Assembly (NCBI GenBank): GCA_019058275.1
Contig: JAHLVW010000094.1
Location: 64,001-128,000, forward strand
Source: Candidatus Heimdallarchaeota archaeon
GTDB lineage: Archaea; Asgardarchaeota; Heimdallarchaeia; JABLTI01
Reading direction: 5' to 3'
DNA length: 64,000 nt
Each line of letters begins with the position of its first letter. Position 1 is the stretch's first letter. This document shows, in pieces, positions 59,043 to 64,000 of the stretch. The position numbers were made by a program, and so were the translations under genes. Below the pieces are notes generated by a model. It worked only from the letters and a program-made list of their open reading frames with translations. It did not search any database and had not been told where the DNA came from.

Positions 59043-60416
59043 CTAAGATTTACTTTTTCTTATTTCATTCCATTTATCAAGAGCATATGCTCCCCATGCT
59101 GCTCTTTTTGGTGTTGGAAAGCTTGGAATATTGTTCTCACGTAGAATCCTAATGGCATTTTCTACTTTCTTTCCAGCAAGTAAACAACCAATTATGGCGG
59201 TGTTGTGCTCTTCATTAGCGATTTTTACTATAAGTTTAGCTACACCATCTACATCTGCATCACCGGGTGGAACCATAACAACAATGATGGTATCAAATTC
59301 ACCAGAATGAGCTAATGCTCTAAGAGCTAATTCATATCTTTCGGGATTTGCATCACCTAGTAAATCAAAAGGATTTTCTCGAGGACAAGCTTCAGGAAGT
59401 TCCTTTAATTGTTCACGTAATTTATCTGATGGTTGATTTAATTCGAGATTTAAGAAATCTAAATTATCAGAAATTAATACTCCAGGTCCACCTGAATTGG
59501 TGACAATTGCAACTCTTTTTCCTCCTCGATCTAGATATGTAGATAAAACAGCATAAGTATCAAATGCTTCATCCAATGATTCAACCCAAATTGCCCCTGT
59601 TTGTTTAGCAACGGATTCATAAATTTTAGGATCTCCACCTAATGATGCTGTATGAGTCATTGCTGCCTTATTACCAATCGCTGTTCTTCCACCTTTCAAG
59701 AAAATCACTGGTTTATGTTTAGTAGCTTCAGTTAAAGATTCAACCAATTTCCTTCCATTTGTTGCGCCTTCTAAATAGAGAAACAAAACTTTTGTTGGAG
59801 AATCCTCTTCTTTTGCTAAATAATTTAGCAATTCCGCTTCTTCTACATCAGATGCATTTCCAAATGAAATCCACTTATCTATCCCTAATCCTTCATAAGT
59901 AGCTCGTAACATCATGGAACCTGCTAAAGCTCCACTCTGTGAAATTATTGTAAGACCACCTGGAATGTAGGTATTTTCCATTGCAGCAATCATATTTGTG
60001 TGTGTGGAAGCAATTCCCGCACAATTAGGACCTATAACTCTTATATCATGCTTTCTTGAAACTCGAATTAACTCCTCTTCTAATTCTTTATTGCCTACTT
60101 CTGCGAAACCACTGCTAAGAACAATTGCATGATGGATATTTCTTTTCACGCACTTTTCTAGTTCTGCTGGTACAAACCGAGCAGGTATTGCTATAACTGC
60201 CAATTCTGGGTCTTTAGGTAAAGCTTCGATGTTAGGATAACACTTGTGACCAAAAACACTATCACGTTTTATATTAGTAAAATACAAATCACCTTTGAAT
60301 TTGCCTTCAAGAAGGTGTTTTGCTAACATTCCACCAATAGAACCAGCTCTTTCTGAGGCACCAATAAGCACCAAACTTTTAGGATTAAATAATGGTCTTA
60401 AATCTGTTGTAGGCAA
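59043..60416 (-). CDS. acdA: ADP-forming acyl-CoA synthetase alpha subunit
   Basis: LFNPKSLVLIGAS, SSGFAE, IGPNC, SQSGA, THTASL (phospho-His), TNSGGPG and NPFDLLGDA motifs. Confidence 0.92.
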   Translation of the reverse strand: MPTTDLRPLFNPKSLVLIGASERAGSIGGMLAKHLLEGKFKGDLYFTNIKRDSVFGHKCYPNIEALPKDPELAVIAIPARFVPAELEKCVKRNIHHAIVLSSGFAEVGNKELEEELIRVSRKHDIRVIGPNCAGIASTHTNMIAAMENTYIPGGLTIISQSGALAGSMMLRATYEGLGIDKWISFGNASDVEEAELLNYLAKEEDSPTKVLFLYLEGATNGRKLVESLTEATKHKPVIFLKGGRTAIGNKAAMTHTASLGGDPKIYESVAKQTGAIWVESLDEAFDTYAVLSTYLDRGGKRVAIVTNSGGPGVLISDNLDFLNLELNQPSDKLREQLKELPEACPRENPFDLLGDANPERYELALRALAHSGEFDTIIVVMVPPGDADVDGVAKLIVKIANEEHNTAIIGCLLAGKKVENAIRILRENNIPSFPTPKRAAWGAYALDKWNEIRKSKS

Positions 60417-60508
60417 TTTACATTCTCCTGATTTTTCTTGTTGTATTTTTTTCTTGTTTCTTTATAATGATTATGATGAAAAGTAACAATACAATTTAAT
60501 GAACTTCT

Positions 60509-61576
60509 CTACTCGAGAAGCTCATGGAAATTTCTTGCGAAAGCTTCGATTAATTCACATGTTCTTTTAATATCTTTCAATTCTAGTAGACTTATCGGAC
60601 TATGGATATATCTACATGGAACTGATACAACTGCTGATCGTACTCCTGAACGAGTTAATGCAATTCGACCGGCATCAGTACCACCATAAGCAGGTTTCTT
60701 ATATTGCCAAGGAATTTTAAGACCATTTGCTAGTTCTTTTAGTTTCTCTAACATTGGTTTGTCTACAACTAAAGATCTATCAGCTATTGTTAGTGCTGGA
60801 CCATTACCAAGTTTACAGGGACAATCCTTTCCTGCAACTCCGGGTGTATCTGCTGCTGTAGTATTTTCCAATGCTATTGCCATATCCGGTTTAATAGCAT
60901 ATGCCGCTGTAGTTGCTCCCCTACCGCCAACTTCTTCTGCTGAAGCAAAATTAAACACAATTGTTCCAACTGGCTTTTCTTTTGATAGTCTCCTTAGTGT
61001 TTCTAATATAACAACGCATCCTGTTCTATCATCAAAAGCTTTTCCAAGAACTCTTCCACCTGTCAATTCTCTAAATTCTCCATTAAGAGTTCCAGTTGTA
61101 CCTATTTCTATACCTAGCAAGTTAACTTCTTCTTTTGATGTTGCTCCTATGTCAATAGCAAGTTCATCAGCTTCGGGTATTTTCATTTCACCACCAGGAG
61201 TTAAGTGTGGTGGTTTAATACCAATTACACCAAAAACTGGTGGTTTTGACTCATCATCTGGTACGAAGATAACAGTTTGGCCTGGGAAAATCAAATCTAC
61301 AAAACCACCCAATTTGGCAAAATAGATAAATCCATCTGCAGTTATGTGACGAACCATTAATCCAATTTCATCTGTATGGGCATCTAACATTAAAATTGGT
61401 CCATCTTTTTTCGTACCTTTTAATGTAACAATAAGGTTGCCAAGAGTGTCAATTTTAACCTCGTCAGCTATAGATCCAATTTTCTCTTTAATCATCTTCA
61501 CAACTCTACTCTCTCGAGAAGGAACACCTACTACTTGGGATAAATCTCGAAGGTCATTTTTCAATTGTTCAAGCAA
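60509..61576 (-). CDS. M42 family (TET-like) aminopeptidase
   Basis: DAHTDEIG, KAFDDR, EEVGGRG, GGTDAG and RYIHSP motifs. Confidence 0.93.
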   Translation of the reverse strand: MLEQLKNDLRDLSQVVGVPSRESRVVKMIKEKIGSIADEVKIDTLGNLIVTLKGTKKDGPILMLDAHTDEIGLMVRHITADGFIYFAKLGGFVDLIFPGQTVIFVPDDESKPPVFGVIGIKPPHLTPGGEMKIPEADELAIDIGATSKEEVNLLGIEIGTTGTLNGEFRELTGGRVLGKAFDDRTGCVVILETLRRLSKEKPVGTIVFNFASAEEVGGRGATTAAYAIKPDMAIALENTTAADTPGVAGKDCPCKLGNGPALTIADRSLVVDKPMLEKLKELANGLKIPWQYKKPAYGGTDAGRIALTRSGVRSAVVSVPCRYIHSPISLLELKDIKRTCELIEAFARNFHELLE

Positions 61577-61681
61577 AAATAGTCACCATTCTTAAAAGAC
61601 AAAAACATTTGAACTTAAATATTTGTTAAATTTTAAAAATAAAAAAAGGGAAACAAGAATGTTTCCGGTTGTTTAGAAATA

Positions 61682-62671
61682 TTATTTCCTTCTTCTAGCA
61701 ATAACTACAATTGTACCAACGACAATTAATCCACTAATAATAGAAGCATAGTAGAGTAGAACACTTTCTGTGAAGTATTCTTCATTAACACCGATTATTG
61801 GGTCATGAACTAATTTGCTTTCATTTCCATAGTTAGGATAAGTTAGCCAGAGATGTCCAAGACCTTCTTTATTTCCTGCAGCTCCAGTTGGGGGAGCAGT
61901 TATTAAGTCATCAAAGTATGCAGTACCAACATCAACTGTCTCTACGTAAGTGTCATTTTCATCGAAAACATCAGCAGTTTGAGTCCATTCATAAAAAGCA
62001 ACGACATTGCCATCGAATTCTTCACTTTCAAAGTTCATACGTCTGAGTAAAGTACCATTTTCTAAGGAAGTACCGTTTCTTAATCGCATAGTGTGTCGTT
62101 CTTGAACTTCATCAAGATATGATTGAATGCCTATACCTTGTGCACCTGCAGAGAATTCCCAGTTATTGATGATGATGTCAAATTTGATTTCATGAGTAGC
62201 ATCGATCATAACCTCGGTTCCTTCTATAAGTGTGTCTTCAGTGTAAATGTGCATAACTAAATGAATATCTGCACCACCTGCAAGTCCTAAAAGACTCAAG
62301 GTAATTATGACATGATCAGGATCAGTGTCATTAACATCGCTAACCCAATCTTCTGTGATAAGATTGTAAAATTTACCACCAACAAGTTCTGTTCTGTCAT
62401 CAAGAATATCATCATCACCAAAGTATTCTTGAATCTTAACTAATTGGAGTTTATACATTTCATCAGCATCAGATTTATTTCCATGCCACCACATAAGATG
62501 TCCTTGACTAGGGATTATCTTGACAGTTAATCCATTAGTTTGAACTGTTATTGCGCCTAAATTCTCGCTAATAGTTACTCCTTCGGATCTAGCAGTTAAT
62601 TGTGAACCAGCAGATAAGAGGAATAAACTGATTAATGAGATTCCTATTAATGATTTTTTTAATGATTTCAT
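61682..62671 (-). CDS. Secreted/surface protein with a signal peptide and C-terminal TM-RRRK anchor
   Basis: N-terminal signal peptide, acidic beta-rich body, HDPIIG, and a C-terminal hydrophobic helix plus RRRK. Confidence 0.75.
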   Translation of the reverse strand: MKSLKKSLIGISLISLFLLSAGSQLTARSEGVTISENLGAITVQTNGLTVKIIPSQGHLMWWHGNKSDADEMYKLQLVKIQEYFGDDDILDDRTELVGGKFYNLITEDWVSDVNDTDPDHVIITLSLLGLAGGADIHLVMHIYTEDTLIEGTEVMIDATHEIKFDIIINNWEFSAGAQGIGIQSYLDEVQERHTMRLRNGTSLENGTLLRRMNFESEEFDGNVVAFYEWTQTADVFDENDTYVETVDVGTAYFDDLITAPPTGAAGNKEGLGHLWLTYPNYGNESKLVHDPIIGVNEEYFTESVLLYYASIISGLIVVGTIVVIARRRK

Positions 62672-63073
62672 AATATTTTTACCTCCAGGGTAATAGTTTA
62701 ATTGAAACTTTAAGCAACCAATTCATTGTGGAAGAATGGCTTTCTTCTCTGTGCATTCTTTTTAGCAACACATAAAAGGTGCTCATTGTTTACTGAAACT
62801 AGTATAGAACACAGTTGATTTTTAATAATCTCAAACAATGGTTGAGCAAGTGTATGTGAAGGTTCAAAATAGGTTTAGAATACGTTTACAAAAGTGATTT
62901 TGAACAGTTTTCCAACTGAAAGGAGCTATTTTCTACTATTTTGAATGGAAATTCATTGTAAAATGGGCTGTTTTTTCTTAAGAATATAATTCATTCATAA
63001 GCTATTGAACGTTCAAGATTCTCAGAAAGAATAATAAATTAATTATACTACTCTAATAATGGAGTAACCTACT

Positions 63074-64000
63074 ATGCGAGATCTCACAGAAAAAGCATTA
63101 GAGACTTGCAGCAAGGAAGGAACTTCGTATGCAGACATACGAATAGTGACAATCAAAGACGAAGACATTTCCATCAAGAGGGGGAACATTCAAGCATTAA
63201 ATATTACCAATATCAAAGGATTTGGAATAAGAACAATAGCTAATGGTGGACTTGGATTCGCAGGATCGTACTTAGTTACCCCTGAGGAAATTGAAAGGGT
63301 AGCGAAACTTGCTGTAAGAATAGGAAAGGCTTCAGGAGCAACGCGAAAGAAGCCAATAGAATTTGTTGATGTAAAAGCAGTGGAAGACAGCTACAAAACT
63401 CCAATCAAGAAGGATCCGTTCTCTATTCCAACAGAGGAAAAAATCGAAATTTTGGTTGAAGTGGATAAGAGGTTGAGAGAATTCAATCCTGATGTCATTA
63501 AATTGACTCAATCAGATTATCGAGGACATCAAGAAGACAAAATTTTCGCAAGCACAGAAGGAGCTTATATAACTCAACAAATAACCTTTGCTGGAGGAGG
63601 ATTTTCCTGCACAGCAATAAGCCCTGGAACACAACCACAAAGAAGATCATTCCCAGGATCTTTTAGAGGAAACTTCTCATCACAAGGATACGAGTATTTT
63701 GAAAGCTTGAATCTCCTTGAGAATGTTGAAAAAACAGCTAAGGAAGCAATTGCTTTAACAGAAGCAAAAGCATGCCCAACAGAGAAAACAACTCTTCTAA
63801 TAGATGGACATCAATTGATGTTGCAGATCCATGAAAGTTGTGGACATCCTACAGAACTAGATCGAGTTTTAGGAACAGAAGCAGCATTCGCTGGAACTAG
63901 CTTCATGACTCCAGATCTTCTTGGGAAGCTACAATATGGCAGTGAACATGTCAACTTTGTAGCAGATTCAACATCACCAACTGGTTTAGGAACATATGGT
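63074..64000 (+). CDS. tldD: TldD/PmbA-family metalloprotease (partial, runs off the window end; not in the ORF track)
   Basis: From ATG 63074: MRDLTEKAL...YADIRI...GFGIR..., later FASTEG and QIHESCGHPTELDRVLGTEAAFAGTSF (TldD HExxGH). Confidence 0.92.
   Translation, partial: MRDLTEKALETCSKEGTSYADIRIVTIKDEDISIKRGNIQALNITNIKGFGIRTIANGGLGFAGSYLVTPEEIERVAKLAVRIGKASGATRKKPIEFVDVKAVEDSYKTPIKKDPFSIPTEEKIEILVEVDKRLREFNPDVIKLTQSDYRGHQEDKIFASTEGAYITQQITFAGGGFSCTAISPGTQPQRRSFPGSFRGNFSSQGYEYFESLNLLENVEKTAKEAIALTEAKACPTEKTTLLIDGHQLMLQIHESCGHPTELDRVLGTEAAFAGTSFMTPDLLGKLQYGSEHVNFVADSTSPTGLGTYG

Overview
This AT-rich archaeal window is most consistent with an Asgard archaeon, probably Heimdallarchaeia-like. 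The evidence is a thermosome subunit, Nop5/fibrillarin, L44e, PAC2, Cdc48, a Snf7/ESCRT-III protein, longin-like and V4R/TRAPP-like proteins, and a CTL/SLC44-like transporter. Most of it is housekeeping DNA, including a DsrEFH/TusA sulfur-relay cluster, ZnuABC, cysS and tRNA-Thr(CGU). Two things stand out. (1) At 20571-20727 the 5S rRNA gene is circularly permuted, with its 3' half encoded before its 5' half. It is enclosed in an 11-bp inverted repeat that forms a bulge-helix-bulge-like splice motif. Predicted cleavage and ligation give a 120-nt circle that restores the canonical 5S sequence exactly. (2) A ~10.4-kb accessory island (35519-45917) carries an array-less, highly derived CRISPR-Cas-related set: Cas7-like RAMP, Cas5-like RAMP-HD fusion, a large Zn/HTH-Cas1-like protein and a Cas4-like nuclease. 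The island also holds an AbrB-like regulator, a LAGLIDADG-HTH protein and a TIGR04255-type cassette. Three genes are broken by single-base -1 frameshifts in short homopolymers, which may be assembly errors. All protein calls come from motif recognition by eye; no database searches were run.
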